Source: Eubacterium sp. (GTDB lineage: Bacteria; Bacillota; Clostridia; Peptostreptococcales; Anaerovoracaceae). Taken from it: a stretch of 64,000 nucleotides of DNA. Each line of letters begins with the position of its first letter. Position 1 is the first letter of the stretch. The translations under genes and the position numbers were made by a program. Below, piece by piece: positions 26,521 to 37,685 of this stretch. Under the pieces are notes generated by a model. The model saw only the letters and a program-made list of their open reading frames with translations, searched no databases and was not told the origin of the DNA. Where the stretch lies: the NCBI GenBank assembly GCA_021769965.1, contig JAETRU010000012.1:1215-65214 (forward strand). The letters run 5' to 3'.

Positions 26521-27395
26521 TGAAAGTAATAGTAGGAAGCCGGGAAAGCAAACTGGCGGTGATCCAGTCAGAGATGGTAATTGACGCCATCAGAGAATTT
26601 GACAGTAACATAGATGTCAGCCTGATTACCATGAAGACTACAGGCGACATGATTTTAGATAAAACCCTTGATCAGATCGGCGGAAAAGGGCTTTTCGTCA
26701 AGGAGCTGGATAAGGCGCTCCTTGACCATCGGGCAGATCTGACAGTGCACAGCCTGAAAGATATGCCGATGGAAGTTTCAGAGGAGCTTCCGCTTCTGGC
26801 ATTTTCAAAGAGAGAAGATCCCAGAGACGCGCTGGTTCTTCGGGCGGGAATTTCAGAACTTCCCAAAAATCCGGTCATCGGCTGTTCTTCGAAGAGAAGA
26901 ACGCTGCAGGCGCAGAAACTGTACCCGGACGCAGTGATCAAACCAATTCGGGGCAATGTACAGACCAGACTCAGAAAACTGGACGAAGGCCAGTTTGACG
27001 CGATCATTCTGGCTTATGCGGGCCTGAAAAGACTGAATCTTGAGCCGCGGGTCAGTAAGCTGTTTTCGACTGAAGAAATTCTGCCCGCAGCCTGCCAGGG
27101 AATTCTGGCAGTACAGGGAAGAGCAGGCTATCAGGTGTCTTTCCTGAAAGATTTTGCCGATGAAGAGACAAAGCTGATCGCGCTGGCGGAAAGAAGCTTC
27201 GTGCGGACGCTGGACGGCGGCTGCAGTTCACCGGTTGCGGCTTACGCCGTGATAGACGGCGAAAGTATCACGATCACTGGTTTTTATGTAGATGAAAAAG
27301 AAAACCAGTACATAGATGCAGTTACCGGCAGCAAATATGAGGGAGAAGCTTTGGGAAGACAGCTGGCGCTGGCAATGAAAGGAGGCAGATCATGA
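26520..27395 (+). CDS. hemC: hydroxymethylbilane synthase
   Basis: GSRESKLA, GGKGLFVKE, VHSLKDMP, LDGGCSSPV. Confidence 0.96.
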   Translation: MKVIVGSRESKLAVIQSEMVIDAIREFDSNIDVSLITMKTTGDMILDKTLDQIGGKGLFVKELDKALLDHRADLTVHSLKDMPMEVSEELPLLAFSKREDPRDALVLRAGISELPKNPVIGCSSKRRTLQAQKLYPDAVIKPIRGNVQTRLRKLDEGQFDAIILAYAGLKRLNLEPRVSKLFSTEEILPAACQGILAVQGRAGYQVSFLKDFADEETKLIALAERSFVRTLDGGCSSPVAAYAVIDGESITITGFYVDEKENQYIDAVTGSKYEGEALGRQLALAMKGGRS

Positions 27396-28870
27396 GCAGA
27401 GGTAAGGTATATTTAGTGGGAGCAGGTCCCGGAGACAAGGATCTGCTGACTGTAAAGGCGGTCAGACTTATCGGTGAAGCCGACGTCATCGTCTATGACC
27501 GGCTGGTCAGCGAAAGCATCATGGATCTGATCCCTGATGGCGCGAAGCTGATCGATGTAGGCAAAAATGTCGGAAACCATCCGGTGCCCCAGCATGAGAT
27601 CAACAGAATTTTGCTGAGAGAGGCTGAGGCAGGAAATATGGTCGTACGCCTGAAGGGCGGTGACCCTTTCGTCTTTGGAAGAGGCGGTGAGGAACTGGAG
27701 CTGCTGTCTGAGAACGGGATACCTTTTGAAGTCGTTCCGGGCATTACGTCTTCCATTTCTGTGCCGGCATACGCGGGAATTCCTGTGACCCACAGAGATT
27801 TCTGCTCATCCCTGCATATTATCACAGGCCACGCGAAGGCGGGCGCAGAGCTTGATATTGATTTTGAGGCCCTGGTAAGACTGAAGGGAACACTGATCTT
27901 CATGATGAGCGTATCTACTGTCGGGCGCATTGCGAAAGGCCTGATGGAAGCAGGTATGGAGCAGGATATGCCATGCGCTGTCATTGAAAACGGGACTTAT
28001 CCGAAGCAGAGAAAGTTTATTTCGGATCTTGCGCATATAGAGGAAACGACAGCAGTAAATCATGTGAAATCTCCTGCAGTGATTGCAGTGGGAAAGGTCT
28101 GCAGTCTGTCCGATCGATTTGACTGGTTCAGCAGAAAACCTCTGAAGGGTAAACGTGTTCTGGTAACTCAGCCTCAAAGCAAGGCATCAAAACTGGAACA
28201 GAAACTGCGGAATCTGGGCGCGGATACGAAGTTATATCCATGTATCCGAACTGACTTTATCAGACCGATGGATCCTCCTTTTGAGGATTACGATACGCTG
28301 GTGTTTACCAGTACCGAGGGTGTTCGTTCTTTCTTCAGATGGCTGATGGAAGACGGCAGGGATGTTCGTGCGGCAGCTGGCAAACGTTTTGCCTGCATCG
28401 GCACAGCGACTGCGAAGGCCCTGGAAGAGTTCGGGCTGAAAGCCGACTTTATTCCGTCTGCTTTTTACGGAGAAACCCTGGGCAAGGAAATGGTATCAAC
28501 AGGATTTGTTACACCTGACAGTAAAGTGATCCTGCTTCGCGCAAAGATTGGAACCGCGGATCTGACCGATGCGCTGGATGCAGGAAACATTGCCTATCTG
28601 GATTATCCTGTTTACAATACAGATTATGTAGAACACGAGGAAATCGAAAACCTGGATGCATGGGATTATGTGACTTTTACCAGCAAATCCTGTGTAAACG
28701 GATTTGTGAATACACAGAAGCGAAAGGATTTTTCCGGCGTAAAAGCCCTCTGTATCGGTACGCAGACCGCATCTGAAGCGGCAAAGTTCGGATTTGACAC
28801 AGTGATTTCAGATATAGCGACCATCGACAGTATGGTAGAAAAAGTAAGGAGTGATTGCAATGATAACTAG
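27392..28870 (+). CDS. cobA-hemD: uroporphyrinogen-III C-methyltransferase / uroporphyrinogen-III synthase fusion
   Basis: LVGAGPGD, RLKGGDPFVFGRGGEE; C-terminal HemD (VFTSTEGV, TFTSKS). Confidence 0.93.
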   Translation: MSRGKVYLVGAGPGDKDLLTVKAVRLIGEADVIVYDRLVSESIMDLIPDGAKLIDVGKNVGNHPVPQHEINRILLREAEAGNMVVRLKGGDPFVFGRGGEELELLSENGIPFEVVPGITSSISVPAYAGIPVTHRDFCSSLHIITGHAKAGAELDIDFEALVRLKGTLIFMMSVSTVGRIAKGLMEAGMEQDMPCAVIENGTYPKQRKFISDLAHIEETTAVNHVKSPAVIAVGKVCSLSDRFDWFSRKPLKGKRVLVTQPQSKASKLEQKLRNLGADTKLYPCIRTDFIRPMDPPFEDYDTLVFTSTEGVRSFFRWLMEDGRDVRAAAGKRFACIGTATAKALEEFGLKADFIPSAFYGETLGKEMVSTGFVTPDSKVILLRAKIGTADLTDALDAGNIAYLDYPVYNTDYVEHEEIENLDAWDYVTFTSKSCVNGFVNTQKRKDFSGVKALCIGTQTASEAAKFGFDTVISDIATIDSMVEKVRSDCNDN

Positions 28871-29840
28871 ACCTAGAAGACTGAGAGCCAATCCGCTGAT
28901 TCGCGGCATGGTAAGAGAAACAAGAGCATCCGCAGACAGCCTGATCTATCCTGTTTTCTTTGAGGAAGGCAGCAATATCAAGGCGCCAATTGCAGCTATG
29001 GACGGACAGTTCCGCTACAGCCCTGACCGGGCGAAGGAGATCGCCGACCAGTGTCTGGAGCACGGCGTAAACAAGCTGCTTCTCTTCGGCATTCCGAAGG
29101 AAAAGGACGAAAAGGGCAGCCAGGCTTATGCGGAAAACGGCATCGTGCAGCAGGCCGTGCGCGCGCTGAAAAAAGAGTACGGCGATCAGCTTTATGTCAT
29201 TACCGATGTATGCATGTGCGAATATACGTCTCATGGTCACTGCGGCATTCTCTGCGGTCACGATGTAGATAACGATGAGACTTTGCAGTATCTTTCAAAG
29301 ATCGCGGTTTCCCATGCTGCAGCTGGCGCGGATATGGTCGCGCCGTCGGATATGATGGACGGTCATATTGCGGCTCTGCGGGGAGGTCTTGACGAAAACG
29401 GATTTAAGAATACGCCGATCATGAGCTATGCTGTAAAATACGCGTCCAAGTTCTATGGTCCGTTCAGAGACGCGGCGGGCAGCGCACCGTCTTTTGGCGA
29501 CAGAAAGACTTACCAGATGGATCCTCATAATCTGAGAGAGGGCATGAAAGAAGCCGCCATTGATGAGGAAGAGGGCGCAGACATTCTCATGGTAAAACCG
29601 GCGCTTTCCTATTTAGATGTGATCAGAGAGCTTTCCTATAACACGAATCTTCCGATTGCAACTTACAGTGTCAGCGGCGAATACGCCATGATCAAAAACG
29701 CCGGAAAAGCTGGACTCATCGATGAGTACGGCATCATGTGCGAAACAGCTGCATCCATGTACAGAGCGGGTGCGGACATCATCATGACTTATTACGCCAT
29801 GGAGATCGCAGACGCTATCAGAAAAGGAGATATCGGATAA
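28860..29840 (+). CDS. hemB: porphobilinogen synthase
   Basis: RPRRLR, DVCMCEYTSHGHCG, APSDMMDG, MVKPA. Confidence 0.96.
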   Translation: MITRPRRLRANPLIRGMVRETRASADSLIYPVFFEEGSNIKAPIAAMDGQFRYSPDRAKEIADQCLEHGVNKLLLFGIPKEKDEKGSQAYAENGIVQQAVRALKKEYGDQLYVITDVCMCEYTSHGHCGILCGHDVDNDETLQYLSKIAVSHAAAGADMVAPSDMMDGHIAALRGGLDENGFKNTPIMSYAVKYASKFYGPFRDAAGSAPSFGDRKTYQMDPHNLREGMKEAAIDEEEGADILMVKPALSYLDVIRELSYNTNLPIATYSVSGEYAMIKNAGKAGLIDEYGIMCETAASMYRAGADIIMTYYAMEIADAIRKGDIG

Positions 29841-31111
29841 TGGGAAAGAATTCAGAAACGCTCTTTGAGAGAGCAAAAAAAGTGATGCCCGGCGGCGTCA
29901 ACAGCCCGGTCAGAGCATTTAAGTCTGTAGGGATGACCCCGAGATTTATCGACAAAGCCTGCGGCAACAAGATCTATGATATAGAAGGAAAAGAATATCT
30001 GGATTATGTCGGCTCCTGGGGTCCGATGATCTTAGGCCACGCAGACCCGAAAGTGATCGCGGCGGTACAGAAGAGAGTGGAAAAAGGACTCAGCTTCGGC
30101 GCCTGCACAGAGCTTGAAGTGGAGCTGGCGGAACTGATCTGCGAGAACATTCCGCACGTGGAGATGATCCGCATGGTCAACAGCGGCACAGAGGCGGTCA
30201 TGAGCGCTCTCCGCGCAGCCAGAGGTTATACGAAGAAGAACAAGATCATTAAATTTGAAGGCTGTTATCACGGCCACAGCGACGCCATGCTGGTCAAAGC
30301 AGGTTCCGGCGCTATGACCTTCGGAGATCCTGACAGCGCGGGCGTGACAAAAGGCGCGGCAGAAGACACTTTGCTGGCCAGATATAACGACCTTGCCAGT
30401 GTGGAAGCGCTGATGAAGGAGAATAAAGAGGACGTAGCCTGTGTAATTGTAGAAGCAACGGCGGCTAACATGGGCGTAGTACCTGCGGCAGAAGGATTCC
30501 TGGCCGGTCTGCGCGCCCTCTGCGACAAATACGGCGCGCTTCTGATTTTCGATGAGGTCATCACGGGCTTCCGTCTTGCCTTTGGCGGCGCGGCAGAGTA
30601 TTTTGGCGTTACGCCGGATCTGGTAACTTACGGAAAGATCATCGGCGGCGGTATGCCGGTGGGCGCTTACGGCGGTAGAAAAGAGATCATGGAATGCGTT
30701 TCTCCGCTGGGCAGTGTATATCAGGCAGGCACTCTGTCAGGAAACCCGATCGCCATGACCGCGGGAATCGAAACACTGAAGCAGCTGCTGGCTGATCCGG
30801 GCATCTACGACCGGCTCAATGAGATGGGCGCTTATCTTGCAGACGGCCTGCGTCAGAGCTGCGGCTTCACGGTCAACAACATCGGATCCCTGGCCTGCAT
30901 GTTCTATACGACAGAGCCGGTAACCGATTATGAGAGCGCCCAGAAATCGGATACAGTCCGTTTCAGCCATGTCTTTTCCGGACTGCTGGACGCTGGCATC
31001 TATGTGGCGCCGTCTCAGTACGAAGCCATGTTTATCAACAGCTGCTTTACCAGAAGCGAGCTGGACTACACCATCGAAACCTATAGCAAGCTGATCAATG
31101 GAGTGAAATAG
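29840..31111 (+). CDS. hemL: glutamate-1-semialdehyde 2,1-aminomutase
   Basis: PGGVNSPVRAF, NSGTEA, FDEVITGFR, YGKIIGGGMP, QAGTLSGNP. Confidence 0.96.
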   Translation: MGKNSETLFERAKKVMPGGVNSPVRAFKSVGMTPRFIDKACGNKIYDIEGKEYLDYVGSWGPMILGHADPKVIAAVQKRVEKGLSFGACTELEVELAELICENIPHVEMIRMVNSGTEAVMSALRAARGYTKKNKIIKFEGCYHGHSDAMLVKAGSGAMTFGDPDSAGVTKGAAEDTLLARYNDLASVEALMKENKEDVACVIVEATAANMGVVPAAEGFLAGLRALCDKYGALLIFDEVITGFRLAFGGAAEYFGVTPDLVTYGKIIGGGMPVGAYGGRKEIMECVSPLGSVYQAGTLSGNPIAMTAGIETLKQLLADPGIYDRLNEMGAYLADGLRQSCGFTVNNIGSLACMFYTTEPVTDYESAQKSDTVRFSHVFSGLLDAGIYVAPSQYEAMFINSCFTRSELDYTIETYSKLINGVK

Positions 31112-32323
31112 ATGAAAGTGATCGTTGCAGGCGCCGGTCCCGGCGCAGCTTCAACCTATACCGTACAGGCGCTGGAGTGCATCAGAGATTCTGACGTGGT
31201 CCTGACGGCGGCCCGGCTGGCAGAACCGCTGAAAGCGCTGCGGCCCGATGTGAAGGTCTTAGGCGTTATGGATACAGTGGCGTATATCAACAGCCATGCG
31301 AAAGAGGATATGACCGTCTGCGTCGCTGCCTCCGGAGATACCGGTTTTTACAGCATCGCCTCTACTATCGCCAAGCGGATCGATGAATCGGCAGAACTTG
31401 AATTTATCAGCGGTATCGGCAGCCTGTCCTATTTTACGTCGAAGCTGAAGATGGGATATGAGGATCTGAAGCTGATCAGTCTTCACGGACGGAACGCATC
31501 TATCGTGCCTTACGTATGCTATAACCCAAGGGTCTTTGCGCTGACCGGCGGGGCAGTCAAAGTGGGAGATGTAGTAAACCAGCTGGTGGAAGCGGAGTTG
31601 ACAGAGGTGAGGGTCCATGTTGGAGAAAATCTGTCTTCAGAAAAAGAACGGATCGTCAGCAGTACGCCGGAGGAACTGGCAGGACAGGACTTTGACGATC
31701 TGGCTGTTGTGATCGTCGAGAATAAGGATTATGTAAACCGATACAGAACGCTGAAAGACAGTGATTTTATCCGGGGTAAAAGCCCGATGACCAAAGAAGC
31801 CGTGCGGAATCTGGCTGTGGCAGCGCTGGAGATCCAGCCGTCTGATATCGTTTACGACATCGGAGCCGGAACTGGTTCCGTGACCTGCGCCATGGCCTGC
31901 AGAGCCTGTGAGTCCATGGTCTATGCTGTGGAGAAAGAGGACTATGCCGTAGAACTGGTCCGGGAGAATATGAAAAAGACCGGCGCGCGGAACATCGTCA
32001 TCAGGCAGGCTCTGGCGCCGGAAGGACTGGAAGCTTTTCCGCCTGCGGATAAGGTTTTCATCGGAGGAAGCACCGGCAATCTGGCGGAGATCATGACGGC
32101 GGTTCTGGACCGGAATGAACACGCTGTTTTCGTTGTCACGGCTGTAACTTTGGAGACTATCGCCCAGACTGCCGATGTATGCGGCGCGCTGGGCCTTGAA
32201 ACAGAAATTACCTGCGCCAACATTTCCACGGCGCAGAAACTGGGACGATATCATCTGATGAAGGCTGAGAACCCGGTATATATCATTAAAGGAGCAAAGA
32301 AATTTGAAAACGGATGTGAATAG
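31112..32323 (+). CDS. cbiET: cobalt-precorrin-7 C5-MT / cobalt-precorrin-6B C15-MT fusion
   Basis: ASGDTGFYS, SLHGR; TKEAVR, DIGAGTGSV, FIGGS. Confidence 0.92.
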   Translation: MKVIVAGAGPGAASTYTVQALECIRDSDVVLTAARLAEPLKALRPDVKVLGVMDTVAYINSHAKEDMTVCVAASGDTGFYSIASTIAKRIDESAELEFISGIGSLSYFTSKLKMGYEDLKLISLHGRNASIVPYVCYNPRVFALTGGAVKVGDVVNQLVEAELTEVRVHVGENLSSEKERIVSSTPEELAGQDFDDLAVVIVENKDYVNRYRTLKDSDFIRGKSPMTKEAVRNLAVAALEIQPSDIVYDIGAGTGSVTCAMACRACESMVYAVEKEDYAVELVRENMKKTGARNIVIRQALAPEGLEAFPPADKVFIGGSTGNLAEIMTAVLDRNEHAVFVVTAVTLETIAQTADVCGALGLETEITCANISTAQKLGRYHLMKAENPVYIIKGAKKFENGCE

Positions 32324-33662
32324 GATCATGCTGGTCGGCACCGGCAGCGGCTGCGGCAAGACCACAGTCACCTGCGGGCTGCTGCAGGCGCTGAAGGACA
32401 GAGGGATCAAGGCTGCCAGCTTTAAATGCGGGCCAGATTATATCGACCCCATGTTTCACAGCGAGATCATAGGAACCAAATCCAGAAATCTGGACCTGTT
32501 TCTGTGCGGTGAAAATACAGTCAGATATCTCCTTTCGGAAAATGGAAAGGATGCAGATATCGCTGTGATAGAAGGAGTCATGGGCATGTATGACGGCCTG
32601 GGTTTTGAAGACGACAGCTTTTCCGCCAACCACATTTCCCGCGTCACCGCAGCGCCGGAGATCCTCATTGTCAGCGCAGGCGGCAAGAGTATTTCCCTGC
32701 TTGCGGAGCTGTCCGGCTACCTGAATTTCGGAGAAAATCAGATCGCCGGAGTGATCCTGAATCACTGCTCTGCCGGTATGTATCCGGTCTATAAGAACAT
32801 GATAGAAGAGAAGCTGTCTGTCAGGTGTTACGGATTCATGCCGAAGGTCGCGGAAGCTGAACTGGGCAGCCGTCATCTGGGACTGGTCACAGCGGAAGAG
32901 GTCGATGACCTTCGTGACAAGATGGAAGCCCTTGGCAGGGCCGCCGCTGGTTCTCTGGATATCGACGGCATTCTGGAACTGGCCGCTTCAGCGCCGTCAC
33001 TGGAATGTGAGGAAATCCGCGTCGCGCCCGTCACGGACCGGCCGGTAAAGATCGCCGTGGCCCGGGACAAAGCTTTCTGCTTTTACTATGAAGATAATTT
33101 CATGCTGCTGCGGCGTCTGGGCGCGGAGCTGATCCCTTTTTCTCCATTGGAGGACATAGGACTACCGGATGGGATCAGCGGTATGATCTTAGGCGGCGGT
33201 TACCCGGAGGAGCATCTTGAAAAGCTGTCTGCCAACAAGGCCATGCGCTGTGCCGTCAGACAGGCGGTACAGTCCGGCATGCCGGTCTACGCCGAGTGCG
33301 GCGGCTTCATGTATCTGGGTGAGTCAATAGAGAGGAATGGCAGAGCTTATGCTATGGCCGGGGCGCTGCCGGGATGTTCTCATATGACAGAAAAACTGGT
33401 CCGCTTCGGTTATAAGACTTTGACAGCCAATGAAGACAACCTGATGTGCAGCTGCGGCGAGCAGATCCGCTGCCATGAGTTTCATTACAGTGACAGCGAT
33501 AATGCGGGAGACGGATTTACCGCTTCCAAAGGGAAACGGAGCTGGCAGGCTGTTCAGACAGGGGATACGGTCTTTGCCGGTTATCCTCATCTTCATCTGT
33601 GGAGCAATCTGCGCTTCGCGGAGAATTTTGTGAAGAAATGTGAGGCGTTCAAATGGAAATAG
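32304..33662 (+). CDS. cbiA: cobyrinate a,c-diamide synthase
   Basis: SGCGKTT, FKCGPDYIDP, YAECGGFMYL, HEFHYS. Confidence 0.95.
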   Translation: MKTDVNRIMLVGTGSGCGKTTVTCGLLQALKDRGIKAASFKCGPDYIDPMFHSEIIGTKSRNLDLFLCGENTVRYLLSENGKDADIAVIEGVMGMYDGLGFEDDSFSANHISRVTAAPEILIVSAGGKSISLLAELSGYLNFGENQIAGVILNHCSAGMYPVYKNMIEEKLSVRCYGFMPKVAEAELGSRHLGLVTAEEVDDLRDKMEALGRAAAGSLDIDGILELAASAPSLECEEIRVAPVTDRPVKIAVARDKAFCFYYEDNFMLLRRLGAELIPFSPLEDIGLPDGISGMILGGGYPEEHLEKLSANKAMRCAVRQAVQSGMPVYAECGGFMYLGESIERNGRAYAMAGALPGCSHMTEKLVRFGYKTLTANEDNLMCSCGEQIRCHEFHYSDSDNAGDGFTASKGKRSWQAVQTGDTVFAGYPHLHLWSNLRFAENFVKKCEAFKWK

Positions 33663-34618
33663 TCATCGTGGTTCTGGCAGGATTTGTGCTGGACTGTCTC
33701 TTTGGAGACCCCCAGTGGCTGCCTCATCCCATCCGCTTCATCGGATGGCTGATCTCGTCAGGAGAAAAACTGCTGCGGAAGATCTTTCCGAAGACCAGAG
33801 GGGGAGAGATCGCAGCGGGCGCGGTGCTGGCCGCTGCGGTTCCAGCTGTATCCTTCGCCGTTTCGTGGCTGATCCTTGAGGGAGCGGCCCTGATACACGT
33901 GTGGCTTAAGTATGGGCTGGAAGTTCTGTTCTGCTATCAGATATTTGCGGCCAGATCCCTGCGGGACGAGAGCATGCGGGTCTATAAGCATATCAAAGCA
34001 GAAGATATCGAAGGTTCCCGGAAGTATCTGTCATGGATCGTGGGAAGAGATACGGAGCATCTGGATTTCAGACAGATCACGAAAGCGGTGGTGGAGACTA
34101 TCGCGGAAAATACCTCTGACGGCGTTATCGCGCCTATGATCTTTATGGTTCTCGGCGGCGCGCCCCTGGGCTTTCTGTATAAGGGCGTCAATACGCTGGA
34201 TTCCATGGTCGGGTACAAGAATGAGAAGTATATCAATTTCGGAAAAGTATCTGCGATTTCCGATGATGTGTTCAACTACATACCGGCCAGACTGACGGCA
34301 CTGGCTATGGTGGCGGCGTCTTTCTTTACCGGATTTGATGGAAAGAACGCGTGGAAGATATACAGGCGGGACAGGCATAACCACGCAAGTCCCAACAGCG
34401 CCCATCCGGAATCAGCCTGCGCCGGCGCGCTGCGGGTCCAGCTGGCGGGGGACGCCTACTATTTTGGCAGACTGTATAAAAAGAAGACCATCGGAGACGA
34501 TCTGCGTCCTGTAGAAGCGGAGGACATACCTCGGACAGCACGGCTGATGTACGGCGCAGCGTTTCTGAGCCTGGCGGTCTATGAAGGAATTAGAATAATA
34601 TTGGTGAATGCATTATGA
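33653..34618 (+). CDS. cbiB: adenosylcobinamide-phosphate synthase
   Basis: GDPQWLPHP, IVGRDT, ENTSDG, NTLDSMVGY, SPNS. Confidence 0.95.
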   Translation: MEIVIVVLAGFVLDCLFGDPQWLPHPIRFIGWLISSGEKLLRKIFPKTRGGEIAAGAVLAAAVPAVSFAVSWLILEGAALIHVWLKYGLEVLFCYQIFAARSLRDESMRVYKHIKAEDIEGSRKYLSWIVGRDTEHLDFRQITKAVVETIAENTSDGVIAPMIFMVLGGAPLGFLYKGVNTLDSMVGYKNEKYINFGKVSAISDDVFNYIPARLTALAMVAASFFTGFDGKNAWKIYRRDRHNHASPNSAHPESACAGALRVQLAGDAYYFGRLYKKKTIGDDLRPVEAEDIPRTARLMYGAAFLSLAVYEGIRIILVNAL

Positions 34619-35700
34619 TGAAAGAAATCCACGGCGGAAATATCTACAAATTTGATCATCGGGTCTATGATTTTTCTGCCAACCTGAACCCTCTGGGCAT
34701 GCCTCAGGAGGTCAAGCAGGCGCTCATTGACAATATAGACAAATATGAAAGTTACCCCGATCCCTGGAATCGCGAGCTGACGGCTGCCCTGAGCCGGTAT
34801 CACGACGTGGATCCGGACTGTATCTGCTGCGGCAACGGCGCGGCTGACATCATCTTTCGGGCAGTACTGGCGCTGCGGCCGAAGAAGGCTTTGATTGTGT
34901 CGCCGACCTTTTCGGAGTATGAACAGGCCCTTCAAAGCGCAGGCTGCTGCGTCGATCACTTCCTTCTGCGGGAAGATCAGGAATTCCGGCTGGGGGAAGA
35001 CGTTCTTGCGGCTGTTGACGGATCCTATGACATGATGTTTCTCTGCAATCCCAACAATCCGACGGGACTGCCCGCTTCCCGGGAGCTGGTTCTTGCTGTT
35101 GCGGAGAAATGCGGCCAAAGCGGCGTGATCCTGATGCTGGACGAGTGTTTTTCCGAGTTTCTTGCTGAGGAAGAGAAATACTCTGTTCTGAAGGACATCG
35201 GCCGCCTGCCCTCGGTGGTGATCCTGAAAGCCTTTACCAAGCTGTACGCCATGGCCGGTCTGCGGCTGGGGTACTGCATCTGCGGTGACAGAAATATCTG
35301 TGAGAAGATCGCGGGAACTCTGCAGCCGTGGGCTGTATCCACGCCGGCATCAAAAGCGGGAGTCGCGGCGCTGAAGACCGCTGAAACAGGCTTTGTGGAG
35401 AGGACAAAGCTTTATGTGGCTGAGAACCGGTCTTTTCTGGCGGACGGGCTGAAGGCTCTGGGGTACCGTGTCTACGACGGGCAGGCAAACTATATCTTTT
35501 TCCGCAGCGAATCTGATCTGACCGGACCTTTGATGGAGCGGAACATTATGATAAGAAGCTGCGCCAATTATATTACATTAGATGAACACTACTATCGCAT
35601 CGCGGTACGGACCCGGGAGGAAAATGCGTACTTCCTTCAGAGTCTGGCAGCGGTAACGAAGAGAAATGAGGGAAATTATGACAGACAGATCAAAGGCTAA
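34615..35700 (+). CDS. cobD: L-threonine-O-3-phosphate decarboxylase
   Basis: [35 protein letters not shown]. Confidence 0.9.
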   Translation: MMKEIHGGNIYKFDHRVYDFSANLNPLGMPQEVKQALIDNIDKYESYPDPWNRELTAALSRYHDVDPDCICCGNGAADIIFRAVLALRPKKALIVSPTFSEYEQALQSAGCCVDHFLLREDQEFRLGEDVLAAVDGSYDMMFLCNPNNPTGLPASRELVLAVAEKCGQSGVILMLDECFSEFLAEEEKYSVLKDIGRLPSVVILKAFTKLYAMAGLRLGYCICGDRNICEKIAGTLQPWAVSTPASKAGVAALKTAETGFVERTKLYVAENRSFLADGLKALGYRVYDGQANYIFFRSESDLTGPLMERNIMIRSCANYITLDEHYYRIAVRTREENAYFLQSLAAVTKRNEGNYDRQIKG

Positions 35701-37162
35701 GACGATCATGGTACTGGGTACCTGTTCCAACGCGGGAAAAAGCCTGCTGGCGGCCGGCCTGTGCAGGATCTTCAAGCAGGACGGATACAGGGTGGCGCCG
35801 TTTAAAGCGCAGAACATGGCGCTGAATTCCTTTATCACCAAAGACGGATTTGAAATGGGCAGAGCGCAGGTCATGCAGGCAGAGACCTGCCAGATCGAAC
35901 CGGACTGCCGGATGAACCCTATTCTGCTGAAGCCGACCAGCGATCAGGGTTCTCAGGTCATCATCAACGGTGAAGTTCATGGCAATCTGACAGCAAAGGA
36001 ATTCTACGCCTGCAAAGACAATTTCCGCACCGAGGTGAAGAAGGCTTTTGATTCTCTGGCAGAAGAATATGACGTCATCGTCCTGGAGGGAGCAGGAAGT
36101 CCGGCGGAGATCAATCTGATGGAAAACGATCTGGTCAATATGGGCATGGCGAAAATGGCCGACGCTCCGGTGCTGCTGGTAGGCGACATCGACCGGGGCG
36201 GCGTATTCGCGTCGCTGGCTGGAACTATGCTGCTCTTTGACGAAGAGGACAAGGCGAGGGTCAAAGGCGTGGTCATCAACAAATTCCGGGGCGATGTGAC
36301 CATTCTGCAGCCGGGACTTGACATGCTGGAGGATATCATCAAAGTGCCGGTGGCAGGTGTGGTTCCGTATATGAAGCTGGATGTAGACGATGAGGACAGC
36401 CTGACAGACCGCTTCGCCGGAAGAAAGGCAGAGTCCATCATCGATATCGCGGTGATCAGAACGCCTCGTATCTCCAACTTTACAGATTTTAACGCACTGG
36501 AATATATAGACGGCGTAGGCGTGCGCTATGTAGGATCCGTCCACGAGCTGGGAGATCCGGATCTGATCATCCTGCCGGGAACAAAGAACACCATGGGCGA
36601 TCTTTTGTGGCTGAGACAGTCCGGCCTGGAAGCTGCGATCCTGAAATTTCACGCCAGAAACAAGCCGATCTTCGGCATATGCGGCGGCTATCAGATGCTG
36701 GGCCAGAGCCTGTCAGATCCAAACGGCGTAGAACATGGCGGAGACATGGCAGGGATCGGCCTGCTGCCTCACAGTACAGTTTTTGAGGATGAGAAGGTTA
36801 GAACCAACGCAACCGGGGTACTTTCTAATGTAGGAGGCATTTTTGCCGGCCTGTCGGGGAAGGCCTATCAGGGATATGAGATCCATATGGGCGTTTCCGG
36901 CGTCGACGGCAATCTGATCAACGAAGGAAATGTTTACGGAACCTATATCCACGGCGTCTTTGACAGGGAAGAGATCGCGAGAACCATCATTGAGGCGCTC
37001 CTTGCGGCCAAGGGGCTCGATTTTTCCGATGTGAAAGCCTTTGATGTAGACGCGTACAAGCAGGAACAGTACGACATTCTTGCTGACGGCCTGCGGAAGT
37101 CGCTGGATATGGATCTGATCTACAGAATTTTAAACGGGGAGGATAATGATGAAAAAGAATGA
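35678..37162 (+). CDS. cbiP: cobyric acid synthase
   Basis: [45 protein letters not shown]. Confidence 0.96.
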   Translation: MTDRSKAKTIMVLGTCSNAGKSLLAAGLCRIFKQDGYRVAPFKAQNMALNSFITKDGFEMGRAQVMQAETCQIEPDCRMNPILLKPTSDQGSQVIINGEVHGNLTAKEFYACKDNFRTEVKKAFDSLAEEYDVIVLEGAGSPAEINLMENDLVNMGMAKMADAPVLLVGDIDRGGVFASLAGTMLLFDEEDKARVKGVVINKFRGDVTILQPGLDMLEDIIKVPVAGVVPYMKLDVDDEDSLTDRFAGRKAESIIDIAVIRTPRISNFTDFNALEYIDGVGVRYVGSVHELGDPDLIILPGTKNTMGDLLWLRQSGLEAAILKFHARNKPIFGICGGYQMLGQSLSDPNGVEHGGDMAGIGLLPHSTVFEDEKVRTNATGVLSNVGGIFAGLSGKAYQGYEIHMGVSGVDGNLINEGNVYGTYIHGVFDREEIARTIIEALLAAKGLDFSDVKAFDVDAYKQEQYDILADGLRKSLDMDLIYRILNGEDNDEKE

Positions 37163-37685
37163 TTTAGGATTGGTGCACATTTATTGCGGTGAGGGAAAAG
37201 GCAAGACCACTTGCAGCGTAGGTCTGACAGTGCGAGCAGCCGGATACGGCCTGCGTGTGCTGTTCATGCAGTTCCTCAAATCAGGAGACAGCAGTGAACT
37301 GAAGGTGCTGCGCAGTCTGGACAATGTGGAAGTGGTCGGCATGAAGCCGGTAAAGAAATTTTCTTTTCAGATGACTGAGGAGGAGAAGGAAGAGACCAGA
37401 AACTCCAACGCGGAGCAGTTTGCTGATGTGGTAAAGAGGCTGGAGACGGAACACTTTGATATGCTGGTGCTGGACGAGACCTTAGGCGCTATCGAGGCGG
37501 GACTGCTGGACGAAAATGTGATCGCGGACTTTCTGGAAAACAGACCGGAGCAGCTGGAAGTGGTCATGACCGGCCGTTATCCGTCTGAGAGACTGGTCGA
37601 GCTGGCAGACTACGTATCCAGGATCGATAAAGTAAAACACCCGTTTGACAGGGGAATCGGAGCAAGGGCAGGTATCGAAGGTTAA
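37149..37685 (+). CDS. cobO: cob(I)yrinic acid a,c-diamide adenosyltransferase (CobO/BtuR type)
   Basis: [26 protein letters not shown]. Confidence 0.92.
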   Translation: MKKNDLGLVHIYCGEGKGKTTCSVGLTVRAAGYGLRVLFMQFLKSGDSSELKVLRSLDNVEVVGMKPVKKFSFQMTEEEKEETRNSNAEQFADVVKRLETEHFDMLVLDETLGAIEAGLLDENVIADFLENRPEQLEVVMTGRYPSERLVELADYVSRIDKVKHPFDRGIGARAGIEG